Source: Leucoraja erinacea
Lineage: Eukaryota
Direction of reading: 5' to 3'
Length of the DNA stretch: 64,000 nucleotides
Assembly: GCF_028641065.1 (NCBI RefSeq)
Contig: NW_026575814.1
Location: 124,001-188,000 of the forward strand
The notes under the pieces were generated by a model. The model did not search any database, was not told the origin of the DNA, and saw nothing but the letters and a program-made list of their open reading frames with translations. Positions 26,601 to 37,576 of this stretch are shown piece after piece. The stretch's first letter is position 1. The number at the start of each line of letters is the position of its first letter. Both the position numbers and the translations under genes were made by a program.

Positions 26601-29600
26601 ACGCGCCACCGCCACTCTCCACGCCCCGAAGCCGGCCAGCTCCACGTAGGTAAGTCTGCAGCAGCTCCTCAGCAGCTCCACAGCGGGCTCCACGGCTCTA
26701 CAGCAGGCTCCACGGCTCCACAGCAGCTCCACAGCTCCACAGGCTCCGTGACTTGAGCCTCCAGGTCGTTCCGGTGGAGGCCGCTCCACGGCGCTAGGCC
26801 CCAACGGCAACGGAGCTCCGACAGGGAAAAGGTCAGGTCTCCATACAGGGAAGAGATTAAAGGTTTCCCCCACCCACCCCCCACCCCCCCCACATACACA
26901 TTTAAAAAAAAAAAACGATAAACAGCTACAAACTAAACCCTCAACAGGACAAAAAAACACAGACAGACTGCAGAGGCCGCTGCGACACCGGTAGCGCCGC
27001 CCACAGATCTTTGGATAACCACATGGGTAGGAAAGGGTTATGCGCCAAACCTGGGCAGGTGGGACGGGTGTAGATGGGACATCTTGGTTGGCAAGGGCAA
27101 GTTGGGCTGAAGGGCCTGTTTCCATGCTCTAGGACTATGACTCTACCAGCTGCAACAGAGCCAAATTAGAAATCGATAACTTTCTCAAAACTGGTATGCT
27201 AAATGAATTTTCCCATTATATTAGTTCATTCTGGAGCCACAAAATTGTGTTTAAAGATCCCATTGTATTTTCCTGGTGTTGCCTACATAGATCAACAATG
27301 TTCTTCCTTACACATGTGGTGGTACCTGTTCAACAGATTTCAAGGGTGGTGAAGAAAGCTTTTGGTGTGCTGGCCTTTATAAATCAGAGCATTGAGTATA
27401 GAAGTTGGGATGTAATGTTAAAATTGTACAAGGCTTGGTGAGACCAAATCTGGAATATGGTGTACAATTTTGGTCGCCCAATTATAGGAAGGATGTCAAC
27501 AAAATAGAGAGAGTACAGAGGAGATTTACTAGAATGTTGCCTGGGTTTCAACAACTAAGTTACAGAGATAGGTTGAATAAGTTAGGACTTTATTCTCTGG
27601 AGCACAGAAGGTTAAGGGGGGACTTGATAGAGGTTTTTAAAATGATGAGAGAGATAGACAGAGTTGACGTGGAAAAGCTTTTCCCACTGAGAGTAGGGAA
27701 GATTCAAACAAGGGGACATGACATGAGAATTAAGGGACTGAAGTTTAGGGGTAACATGAGGGGGAACTTCTTTACTCAGAGAGTGGTAGCTGTGTGGAAT
27801 GAGCTTCCAGTGAAGGTGGTGGAGGCAGGTTCGTTTTTATCATTTAAAATAAATTGGATAGTTTATATGGATGGGAAGGGAATGGAGGGTTATGGTCTGA
27901 GCGCAGGTATATGGGACTAGGGGAGATTATGTGTTCGGCACGGACTAGAAGGGTCGAGATGGCCTGTTTCCGTGCTGTAATTGTTATATGGTTATATGGT
28001 ATATGCTGCAAACGTTCACAAGGTTAAGTTTCATTTGTGGTAAGTGAAACAGAGTAACGAGATCAAATATCCTTTATCTATGTTCTGATGCTAGTTGCAA
28101 AACCAGTTTGACTATTTTACTGGAACTGATGCAACTTGAAAGCTATTTTTGTTCAAAGAATGGAAGTGTTCATGAAGTAAGAATGGAAGATGCGTTGGTT
28201 GGTATGCAGTAAGACTTAGAGATACAATGTGGGCATAGTTACAACATCATTAGTCTCGGATGGTCTGTGGTAACACTTGAGCAACCTTGCGTAGAAAGGA
28301 ATTTCAGATAGATGCTGGTTTAAATCGAAGACAGACACAAAGTGCTGGAGTAACATAGAAACATAGAAATTAGGTGCAGGAGTAGGCCATTCGGCCCTTC
28401 GAGCCTGCACCGCCATTTAATATGATCATGGCTGATCATCCAACTCAGTATCCCATACCTGCCTTCTCTCCATACCCTCTGATCCCCTTGGCCACAAGGG
28501 CCACATCTAACTCCCTCTTAAATATAGCCAATGAACTGGCCTCAACTACCCTCTGTGGCAGAGAGTTCCAGAGATTCACCACTCTCTGTGTGAAAAAAGT
28601 TCTCATCTCGGTTTTAAAGGATTTCCCCTTTATCCCTAAGCTGTGACCCCCTTGTCCTGGACTTCTCCAACATCGGGAACAATCTTCCTGCATCTAGCCT
28701 GTCCAACCCCTTAAGAATTTTGTAAGTTTCTATCAGATCCCCTCTCAATCTCCTAAATTCTAGAGAGTATAAACCAAGTCTATCCAGTCTTTCTTCATAA
28801 GACAGTGGGACAGGCAGCATCTCTGGAGAGAATGGGTGATGTTTCGGGTCGAGACCTTTCTTCAGCAACCTTGCTTTGAGAACAGTACAACATGTATAGC
28901 AGACCGTGTTTATGTCCACAGTTACAGTCATAGAACCATAATGTGTGGAAACAGGCCCTTCGGCCCAGCTTGCCCATGCCAGCCAAGGTGCACCAGAAAC
29001 TTCATCCTCACCTGCCATGTTTGGTCCATATACCTCTAAACATTTCCTGTCCACGTACCTATCCAAATGTTTTTTAAAAGCTGTGATAATTTCTGCCTAA
29101 CTACCTCATCCGGCGGCTCATTTCATAACCACCACCTGCTGTCGGGAAAAGTTGCCCCTCAAATTGCTATTAAATCTTTCCCCTCTCACCTTAAACCTAT
29201 CTCCTCGCGGCACGACTCTCGTCAGCAGCGGCCTCTGCAGCCCGTCTGCGTTTTTATTATTTTTTGTCTATTTTTTTACGTAGTTTTTGTTATTTTTTGT
29301 GGGGGGTGTGTGTGTGGGGGGGGGGGGGGGGTGGGGTGGGAGGGAGGGGGTAACTTTTAATCTCTCCCTGCACGGGAGACCCGACCTTTTCTTTGTCGGG
29401 TCTCCGTTGTCGTTGGGGCTGCAACGAGGAGCGGCCTCCAACAGGAGAAGACCGGGGGCTCTGGTGCCGACGACTCACCTCACCGTCGCGGAGCTGGCCG
29501 AGTCCAGAGCGGGTGGAGCGGTGGTGGAGCGCTGCTGCTGCTGCGGCCCGACCTCCGGAGATTCGGAGGCTGCAACTGCGGGTCTGGCGGACGGCGGCAC

Positions 29601-32600
29601 CGGGAGCCCGCGGGTCCCTGGAGGGAGACCGCTTTTCAGGGCTCCCGCAACGGCGACTTCTCCCGCCCGAGTTGCGGGGTCGAAGAGCTCCTGGAGCGGG
29701 GCCTCACAGCACCGCCCCACGCGGCTTGGAATGGCCGCGGGACTCTGCGAGCACACGCCGGGGGCTCTAACATCAAGAACCCGGTGTGCGACCTCGCACC
29801 ACCCGGCGTGGCTTTAATGGCCGCGGGACAATTGCCATCGCCAGCCGGGGGCTTTGACTTTGACTCTGTCATCGGGGGGGGGGGGGGGGGAGTGCAGTGG
29901 AGAGATAAAGAGATACGTTTTTTTGGCCTTCCATCACAGCGATGTGATGGATGTTTATGTAAATTATGTTGTCTTGGGTCTAGTTGTTTGTAATGTATGG
30001 CTGCAGAAACGGCATGTCGTTTGGACCTCAAGGGGTCCAAATGACAAATAAATTGTATCTTGTATCTTGTATTTTGCTTCCCCTACTGTGGGTAAAAGAC
30101 TGGGCCATCTTCACTTCCTGAAGCCCAACACAATCTCCTTTGTTTGCAGTCTAACACAAGAAACTCCAAAAGCTGGGGTGTTGAGGAAAACAGAAAGGGC
30201 TGTACAAACTCAGGCGGTCAGGTTGCCACTGTGGAAGGAAATGGAACAGGTGGCGTATGGGGTCGGACACAAGGAAGTGCAGCGGAATCCTGAACAAAAC
30301 ACAATGTGCTGGAGTAACGCAATGGACCAGGCAGCACCTGTGGAGGGAATGGACTCAAAGAACTTCAGATGCTGTAATCCTGAGCATGAGATTCGACTCG
30401 AAGCGTTGCCTGTCCATTTCCCTCCACAGATGCTGCCTGACCCACTGGGTTCCTCCTCTACTCATTTCATAAGTAACAGGAGCAGAATTAGGCCATTCAG
30501 CCCATCTCCACCTACTCCACCTTTCAATCATGGCTGATCTATATCTCCCTCCTAACCCCATTCTACTGCCTTCGCCCCATAACCCCTGATAGAAACATAG
30601 AAACATAGAAATTAGGTGCAGGAGTAGGCCATTCGGTCCTTCGAGCCTGCACCGCCATTCAATATGATCATGGCTGATCATCCAACTCAGTATCCCGTAC
30701 CTGCCTTCTCTCCATACCCCCTGATCCCCTTAGCCACAAGGGCCACATCTAACTCCCTCTTAAATATAGCCAATGAACTGGCCTCAACTACCCTCTGTGG
30801 CAGAGAGTTCCAGAGATTCACCACTCTCTGCGTGAAAAAAGTTCGTCTCATCTCGGTTTTAAAGGATTTCCCCTTTATCCTTAAGCTGTGACCTCTTGTC
30901 CTGGACTTCCCTAACATCGGGAACAATCTTCCTGCATCTAGCCTGTCCAACCCCTTAAGAATTTTGTAAGTTTCTATAAGATCCCCTCTCAATCTTCTAA
31001 ATTCTAGAGAGTATAAACCAAGTCTATCCAGTCTTTCTTCATAAGACAGTCCTGACATCCCAGGAATCAGTCTGGTGAACCGTCTCTGCTCTCCCTCTAT
31101 GGCAATAATGTCCTTCCTCAGATTAGGAGACCAAAACTGTACGCAATACTCCAGGTGTGGTCTCACCAAGACCCTGTACAACTGCAGTAGAACCTCTCTG
31201 CTCCTATACTCAAATCCTTTTGCAATGAAAGCTAACATACCATTCGCTTTCTTTACTGCCTGCTGCACCTGCATGCCTACCTTCAATGACTGGTGTACCA
31301 TGACACCCAGGTCTCGCTGCATCTCCCCCTTTTCCAATCGGCCACCATTTAGCCTTACTAATCAAGAATTTTTCTCTGTCTTACAAATATCCACTGACTT
31401 GGCCTCCACAGCCTTATGTGGCAAAGAATTCCACAGATTTGCCACCCTCTGACTAAAGAAATTCCTTCTCATCTCCTTCCTAAAAGAACGTCCTTTAATT
31501 CTGAGGCTATGACCTCCTCTGTCGTGGGGTAGACTGAGACTGACTCTCCACTTCCCACCCCCCACCCTCTCCCCTCCCCAATCTTTACACATCCCCAATC
31601 CTTTCCACTCGTCACATTCATTTCATGGTTCATATATTTTGTGTTTTTATGGCTGTGGGCAGATCAATTTCCTTCCTCGGATGAATAAAGTTCTATCGTA
31701 TCTTATCGTTCACCCCATCGTCGAGCACTGCGTACATAGCTCAGCATTTCAAGTACACATTTAGCCAGCATAAATGTGGTGTGTGTTTCTAGCTCCATCA
31801 CACTCTACCAGCAATGATTTCCAGACACCTCCAACCTCTGTGTGGAAAATGTTTCAAACTCTCCTCCAAATCCTACCGATCACATCCAATCTTTCATTTT
31901 GTTTTTGACTGCTCTGTTAAGGACAGTAGGTCTTCCCTATTTACTCTGTTCAGGTCCCTTATTAAATAAATGTGGATAAATGTGAGGTTATCCATTTTGG
32001 TGGCAAAAACGGGAAAGCAGACTATTATCTAAATGGTGGCCGATTGGGAAAGGGGGAGATGCAGCGAGACCTGGGTGTCATGGTACACCAGTCATTGAAG
32101 GTAGGCATGCAGGTGCAGCAGGCAGTAAAGAAAGCGAATGGTATGTTAGCTTTCATTGCAAAAGGATTTGAGTATAGGAGCAGGGAGGTTCTACTGCAGT
32201 TGTACAGGGTCTTGGTGAGACCACACCTGAAGTATTGCGTACAGTTTTGGTCTCCAAATCTGAGGAAAGACATTATTGCCATAGAGGGAGTGCAGAGACG
32301 GTTCACCAGACTGATTCCTGGGATGTCAGGACTGTCTTATGAAGAAAGACTGGATAGACTTGGTTTATACTCTCTAGAATTTAGAAGATTGAGAGGGGAT
32401 CTTATAGAAACTTACAAAATTCTTAAGGGGTTGGACAGGCTAGATGCAGGAAGATTGTTCCCGATGTTAGGGAAGTCCAGGACAAAGGGGTCACAGCTTA
32501 AGGATAAGGGGGAAATCCTTTAAAACCGAGATGAGAAGAACTTTTTTCACACAGAGAGTGGTGAATCTCTGGAACTCTCTGCCGCAGAGGGTAGTTGAGG

Positions 32601-35177
32601 CCAGTTCATTGGCTATATTTAAGAGGGAGTTAGATATGGCCCTTGTGGCTAAGGGGATCAGGGGGTATGGAGAGAAGGCAGGTACGGGATACTGAGTTGG
32701 ATGATCAGCCATGATCATATTGAATGGCGGTGCAGGCTCGAAGGGCAGAATGGCCTCTACTCCTGCACCTAATTTCTATGTTTCTATGTTTCTAAACCAA
32801 CCCTCAGCTTCCTACTTTCCTAAGAGAGAGGAACGGTGGTGCAGTGGTAGAGTTGCTGCCTTACAGTGCCCGAGACCCAGGTTCGATTCCCACTGTGGGA
32901 GTTGGCTGTATGGAGTTTGTACGTTCTCCCCGTGACTGCATGGGTTTTCTCCAAGATCTTCGGTTTCCTCCCACACTCCTAAGACGTAAAAGTTTGTACG
33001 TTAATTGGCTGGTGTAAGTGTAAAATTGTAAATTGGCTCTCGTGCATGTGTAGGATAGCGTTAATGTGCGGAGATGGCTGTATCTCTAAACTAAAAATAA
33101 CCTAAAGAACCACAGCCTATTCAAATATTCCTGACATGGGCAACTGGGTCATCTTGGTCAGCAAGACCAAATTGGGCCAAAGGGCCTTTTTCTGCGCTGG
33201 ATGACTCTATTGCTAATTTACTCAGTCTCTGTAAATCTCACCTGCATCATTGGCAGGGTCCTGGAGTGTATTATAGAGCAGAGGAATCTTGTACAGGGTT
33301 CCATGACAGTGGCATCAAAGGTATTTAGGGTGGTATAGAAGGCTATTGGTACATTGGTCTTCATCAGACATGGTATTGAGGATAGAAGTTGACACGTTAC
33401 ATTTGTACAAGACGTTGGTGAGGCCACAGTTGGAGTATTGTGTTCAGTTTTAGTCATCCTGCCATAACAAGGATATAACCATATAAACCATATAACAATT
33501 ACAGCACAGAAACAGGCCATCTCGACCCTTCTAGTCCGTGCCGAACACATAATCTCCCCTAGTCCCATATACTTGCGCTCAGACCATAACCCTCCATTCC
33601 CTTCCCATCCATATAACTATCCAATTTATTTTTAAATGATAAAAACGAACCTGCCTCCACCACCTTCACTGGAAGCTCATTCCACGCAGCTACCACTCTC
33701 TGAGAAAAGAAGTTCCCCCTCATGTTACCCCTAAACTTCAGTCCCTTAATTCTCATGTCATGTCCCCTTGTTTGAATCTTCCCTACTCTCAGTGGGAAAA
33801 GCTTTTCCATGTCAACTCTGTCTATCCCTCTCATCATTTTAAAAACATCTATCAAGTCCCCCCTTAACCTTCTGCGCTCCAAAGAATAAAGCCCTAACTT
33901 GTTCAACCTTTCTCTGTAACTTAGTTGCTGAAACCCAGGCAACATGTCATTAAGATGGAAAGAGTGCAGAGAAGATAAACAAGGGTGTTGCTAGGACTCA
34001 ACAGACTGAGCATAGGGATGTCTTAATTAGGGTCTTGACCCGAAGCATCACTTATTCCTTTTCTCCAGAGATGCTGCCTGACCCGCGATGTTAGTCCAGC
34101 TTTTTACCTGTATATTTTGAGCATCGGGAGAGGTTAGATAGGCCAGAACTTCTTAGAGCACAGGAGGCTGAGGGGTGATCTTTTCAAGGTGACTAAATCA
34201 TGAGGGGAATAGATAGGGTGAATGCCCAGTCTTTTATCCAGGGTAGGGGAATCAAGAACCAGAGGGTATATGTTTAAGATGAGAGGGACAAGATGTAATA
34301 GGAAGCTGAGGGACTTTGAGGGTGGTGGGTATATGGAACGAAATGCCAGAGGAGGTAGTTGAGGCAGGTACTATAACAGCATTTAAGATACTTGGACTGA
34401 TACATGGACAAATAGGATTAGACATGACTTCAGAATTAAGGGACAGAAGTTTAGGGGTAACATGAGGGGGAACTTCTTTACTCAGAGAGTGGTAGCGGTG
34501 AGGAATGAGCTTCCAGTGGAAGTGGTGGAGGCAGGTTCGTTGGTATCATTTAAAAATAAATTGGATAGGCATATGGATGAGAAGGGAATGGAGGGTTATG
34601 GTATGAGTGCAGGCAGGTGGGACTAAGGGAAGAAAGTTGTTCGGCACGGACTTGTAGGGCCGAGATGGCCTGTTTCCGTGCTGTAATTGTTATATGGTTA
34701 TAAGATGGGGCATCATGGTTGGCAAGAATGAATTTTCACTGTACCTCAGTACACGTGACAATAAACCACACTAACTATACCAAAGAGTTGGGAAAGTTAG
34801 CTGTATGATCCCAAGACATATAAAGAGGGTGGCAAATCTGAGGAATGTTTTGCCACACAAGGCTGTGTAGGCCGTCAGTGGATATATTTAAGGCAGATAA
34901 ATAGATTCTTGATTAGTACAGGTTTCAGAGGTTATGGGGAGAAGGCAGGAGAATTGGGTTAGGAGGGAGAGATAGAGCAACTATGGCGGAGTAGACTTGA
35001 TGGGCCGAATGGCCTAATTCTGCTCTTATCGCTTATGATCTTATGATCTATGTTCTTCGCCTAATATCTACTGTATTTGCTTGCTGGGCAGGTGTTGGTG
35101 GGCCACGTGATGCATTTGGAGCTAGTTACATGCTGGTGCTCGTGGCTACGCTTGTGATGATCATTGGAACATGGTAG
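11833..35177 (+). CDS. Non-classical MHC class I-like heavy chain gene, spliced: join(11833..12081,16160..16429,19595..19864,35092..35177); leader exon not found
   Basis: Four AG/GT-bounded exons in the canonical order, all joined in phase 1. They translate without frameshift to alpha1 (DSHSLIYF...PRQQWI...EYW), alpha2 (FQTIWGC...[20 protein letters not shown]), a C1-set Ig alpha3 ([21 protein letters not shown]...LPNHDDTY...[10 protein letters not shown]) and a hydrophobic TM-like segment. Confidence 0.9.
12895..13420 (+). mobile_element. GC-rich non-coding retroposon-like element (copy 1)
   Basis: Same layout as copies at 26195, 29205 and 59712; ends at AATAAA plus a short repeat. Confidence 0.6.
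13490..14180 (-). mobile_element. CR1 LINE 3' fragment, family B1 (3' end scrambled)
   Basis: ORFs 13663-13917 and 13892-14146. Confidence 0.88.
14668..15032 (+). mobile_element. CR1 LINE 3' fragment, family A
   Basis: Family A 3' coding end, UTR and (CTATGTTT)n tail. Confidence 0.9.
15514..15880 (-). mobile_element. CR1 LINE 3' fragment, family A
   Basis: Family A tail and UTR. Confidence 0.88.
16160..16429 (+). CDS. MHC class I alpha2 domain exon (270 bp)
   Basis: TTCTTTACAG acceptor ending 16159; donor G|GTAGGT at 16430. Translation [90 protein letters not shown] has Q96, G100, C101 and C164 equivalents. Confidence 0.92.
16657..16835 (+). mobile_element. CR1 family A 3' UTR fragment
   Basis: GATCAGCCATGATCATATTGAATGGCGGTGCAGG...CTATGTTTCTA. 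Confidence 0.88.
16905..17602 (+). mobile_element. Crack/L2-group LINE 3' end
   Basis: ORF 16928-17290 (YNLRG..F....[18 protein letters not shown]), AT-rich UTR, (AAAT)n tail at 17572-17600. Confidence 0.75.
17770..18300 (-). mobile_element. Rex1/Babar-like LINE fragment, degenerate
   Basis: [18 protein letters not shown] and [13 protein letters not shown] motifs. Confidence 0.7.
18300..19541 (+). mobile_element. CR1 LINE RT fragment, family B2 (1.2 kb, one frameshift)
   Basis: ORF 18336-19172 with [21 protein letters not shown]; continues in ORF 19174-19452. Confidence 0.95.
19595..19864 (+). CDS. MHC class I alpha3 (C1-set Ig) domain exon (270 bp)
   Basis: Pyrimidine tract plus CAG acceptor ending 19594; donor G|GTAAGT at 19865. 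Contains L-x-C, FYP, W-L-R-N-G, LPNxDxTY and YSCxVxHSSL motifs. Confidence 0.96.
20087..20510 (-). mobile_element. CR1 family A fragment inside an older CR1
   Basis: ORF 20078-20302; ORF 20590-20799 is the older host. Confidence 0.85.
20980..22190 (+). mobile_element. Rex1/Babar LINE 3' fragment, split by CR1-B2
   Basis: IFFAAVCW...LKLRSIL [CR1] [24 protein letters not shown]...SFFPVA. Confidence 0.75.
21112..21870 (-). mobile_element. CR1 LINE 3' fragment, family B2
   Basis: ORF 21196-21894. Confidence 0.93.
22192..22713 (-). mobile_element. CR1 LINE 3' fragment, family B1
   Basis: ORF 22288-22674 plus tail. Confidence 0.92.
23180..23675 (-). mobile_element. CR1 LINE 3' fragment, family B2
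   Basis: ORF 23259-23645. Confidence 0.92.
23706..23965 (-). mobile_element. HE1/V-SINE-like SINE
   Basis: Reverse complement of the tRNA head (GGGTTCGATCCC B box) and core. Confidence 0.78.
24280..25045 (+). mobile_element. CR1 LINE 3' fragment, family B1 (many micro-insertions)
   Basis: ORFs 24165-24422 and 24708-24959. Confidence 0.88.
25700..25844. mobile_element. Small hAT-like MITE
   Basis: TIRs CAGTAGCGGACTG / CAGTCCGCCACTG; GCTCCACC near both flanks (imperfect 8-bp TSD); internal GGGCCCACTT x4. Confidence 0.65.
26195..27002 (-). mobile_element. GC-rich non-coding retroposon-like element (copy 2)
   Basis: ACAGAT TSD at 26189-26194 and 27003-27008; AATAAA plus (TATTG)n tail; two hairpins near the 3' end. 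Confidence 0.75.
27342..28005 (+). mobile_element. CR1 family B fragment, B2/B1 chimera
   Basis: ORF 27405-27920. Confidence 0.9.
28352..28808 (-). mobile_element. CR1 LINE 3' fragment, family A
   Basis: ORFs 28445-28693 and 28614-29066 (part). Confidence 0.9.
29205..30072 (+). mobile_element. GC-rich non-coding retroposon-like element (copy 3)
   Basis: GCAGCGGCCTCTGCAG head shared with copy 2; AATAAA plus (TTGTATC)n tail; inserted in an old CR1. Confidence 0.75.
30589..31352 (-). mobile_element. CR1 LINE 3' fragment, family A
   Basis: ORF 30687-31337. Confidence 0.93.
31967..32793 (+). mobile_element. CR1 LINE 3' fragment, family A
   Basis: ORF 31972-32523 plus tail. Confidence 0.93.
32830..33095 (+). 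mobile_element. HE1/V-SINE-like SINE
   Basis: A box GGTGGTGCAGTGG, B box GGTTCGATTCC, core and CTAAA tail. Confidence 0.8.
33474..33945 (-). mobile_element. CR1 LINE 3' fragment, family B1
   Basis: ORF 33559-33945. Confidence 0.92.
34420..34702 (+). mobile_element. CR1 LINE 3' fragment, family B2
   Basis: Coding end, UTR and tail. Confidence 0.88.
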
Positions 35178-35218
35178 AGACGAGGAGCAATGAGGAGAGA
35201 GGTCAGGTGTGATAACAG
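35092..35218 (+). CDS. Probable connecting-peptide/transmembrane exon of the MHC I-like gene; in-frame TAG at 35175-35177
   Basis: CAG acceptor ending 35091, phase 1 matching the alpha3 donor. Reads [41 protein letters not shown], then a strong donor AG|GTGAGT at 35219. Unique (non-repeat) sequence. Confidence 0.75.
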
Positions 35219-35313
35219 GTGAGTGAGCGCATAGACTCCTTCACTAAGACTCGATGATGTGACAAACTCTCTTCTCATTTATGATCCAATCTATTCTCAT
35301 TTCTCTTTCCCAG

Positions 35314-35390
35314 ATGAACATCCGGTCCTAATCCGAATACTGGATGAAGCTTCTACCTGTTACAATGATGAGTGGCTGTATACCTCATCA
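35314..35390 (+). other. Probable terminal exon start of the MHC I-like gene (after a 95-bp intron); 3' end undefined
   Basis: Strong acceptor TTCTCATTTCTCTTTCCCAG ending 35313; splicing in phase 2 gives AGA TGA. Confidence 0.5.
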
Positions 35391-35449
35391 AGAGGGGTCT
35401 CCACCCGAAATGTCGCCTATTCATTTTCTCCGGAGATGTTGTCTGACTT

Positions 35450-36060
35450 ATAACCATATAACCATATAACAATTACAGCACGGAAACAGGCCATCTCGAC
35501 CCTTCTAGTCCGTGCCGAACACATAATCTCCCCTAGTCCCATATACCTGCGCTCAGACCATAACCCTCCATTCCCTTCCCATCCATATAACTATCCAATT
35601 TATTTTTAAATGATAAAAACGAACCTGCCTCCACCACCTTCACTGGAAGCTCATTCCACACAGCTACCACTCTCTGAGTAAAGAAGTTCCCCCTCATGTT
35701 ACCCCTAAACTTCAGTCCCTTAATTCTCATGTCATGTCCCCTTGTTTGAATCTTCCCTACTCTCAGTGGGAAAAGCTTTTCCACGTCAACTCTGTCTATC
35801 CCTCTCATCATTTTAAAAACCTCTATCAAGTCCCCCCTTAACCTTCTGCGCTCCAAAGAATAAAGCCCTAACTTGTTCAACCTTTCTCTGTACCTTAGTT
35901 GCTGAAACCCAGGCAACATTCTAGTAAATCTCCTCTGTACTCTCTCTATTTTGTTGACATCCTTCCTATAATTAGGCGACCAAAATTGTACACCATACTC
36001 CAGAATTGGCCTCACCAATGCCTTGTACAATTTTAACATTACATCCCAACTTCTATACTC
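35450..36060 (-). mobile_element. CR1 LINE 3' fragment, family B1
   Basis: ORF 35533-36039; TGACTT on both flanks. Confidence 0.93.
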
Positions 36061-36439
36061 ATGACTTGCTGAGTTACTCCAGCTGTTTGTGTCTATCTTC
36101 AGTTTAAACCAGCATTTGCAGTTCCTTCCTCTTCATCAAGCTTAGTGTTGCCTCCAGTGTAGTGACTGGTTACTGAGTCTTCTGATACTTTGCAACAAAC
36201 TCTTTAAGCAATGCTTCAACTTTTTGTTACATTTCACTCAGAATTTAATTTTGATGTTTGAGGTTTTCATCTTATAGAGTCATACAGCCCTGCGGCCCAT
36301 CTCGTCCATTCTGGCCAAGATGTTCCATCTGAACTAGTCCCATTTGCTTGCGTTTGGCCCTTATCCCTCAGAACCTTTCCCACTGATCTACCTGCCCAAG
36401 CGTAATTCAAATGCTGAAATGGTACTTGCCTCAACTACC

Positions 36440-36850
36440 TTTTTTTAATTTCAAAATAGACTTTATTCATTGATAAATATATACAATTCCTGAACCATTC
36501 AAACAAACAAAATTCATCCGACATTTTCGGAGACTATACAAGTTTTTTCAGTACAATTTTTTTACATTTTTCAAATTTCACCAAACAGTCCCCCACCCGT
36601 GCCACTCTGTGGCCCCCTGGCGTGGGATACCTTCCCTTAATTTAATTTGAGGGGCGTCTCCACCATACCGTGCCCCCCATGTCCAGCAGCGGAAGGACCC
36701 TAGACTGTGGCCCTCCCCCACCGAGCCTTGGCGTTGGCTGCACCAAGCTTCAGCGAGTCCCTTAGCACGTACTCATGCAGTCTGCAGTGGGCCAGTCGGC
36801 AACATTCCCTGACGGACATCTCGCTCTGCTGGGTGGTGAGCAACGCTACT
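36440..36850 (-). mobile_element. Tx1/L1-clade LINE 3' end
   Basis: Minus strand reads ECCRLAHCRLHEYVLRDSLKLGAANAKARWGRATV*, then AATAAA and poly(A). Confidence 0.7.
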
Positions 36851-36859
36851 ACCTCTTTT

Positions 36860-37150
36860 ACTTAATTTTAGTCGGAGCATGAAAACAGGTCCCACCGAGT
36901 CCAAGCCGACCATTGATCACCCCATACACTAACACTACCTCCGCACTGGGGTCAATTTACAAAAGCCAATTAATTTACATACCTGTATGTCTTTGGAGTG
37001 CGGGAGGAAACCGGAGCACTCGGAGAAAATCCACATGGTCACAGGGAGAATGTACAAACTCCCTTTAGACAGCACCCATAGTCAGGATTGAACCCGGGTA
37101 TTTATCTGGCGCTGCAAGGCAGCAATTCTATCATTGTGCCACTGTGCTGC
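36860..37150 (-). mobile_element. HE1/V-SINE-like SINE
   Basis: Reverse complement of head, B box and core. Confidence 0.75.
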
Positions 37151-37576
37151 CCAGGGCCCCTACTCCGGCAGCTTGGTCCATATACCCACCACCCTCTGAG
37201 GGAGGAAGGTTCCCACAGGTTTCTATTAAGTCTTGCCCCTCTCACCTTAAACCTAAGTCCACTGGTTCTTAATTCACTTTCAAGGACTGCTTGAGATGAG
37301 CTGCTCCTCCCCAATTTGGCAACAGCATTGGGAGTACTCCATTGCTGGTGTGGTGCATGTCAGACCATTGCTGCCAGATTTGTGTCCAGAAGGCAATGTG
37401 ATGTGACAGAGCAGAGAAAGCTTTACGGGGCATTTGGAAATGCATCGTTGGAAGTGGGAATACAGAATGACAACACTTTCTACTCAAGTAGACCTCTATC
37501 CCCAATTGGAGACTGCCAGTGTTGTTTAAAATGTGAGCAGAACCCAGTAGATATTTGCTCAAAGATAGACACAAAA

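Noticed and set aside
32830-32900. tRNA gene (A and B boxes)
   Set aside because: It is the head of a SINE and continues into the SINE core and tail; the same applies to the other copies.
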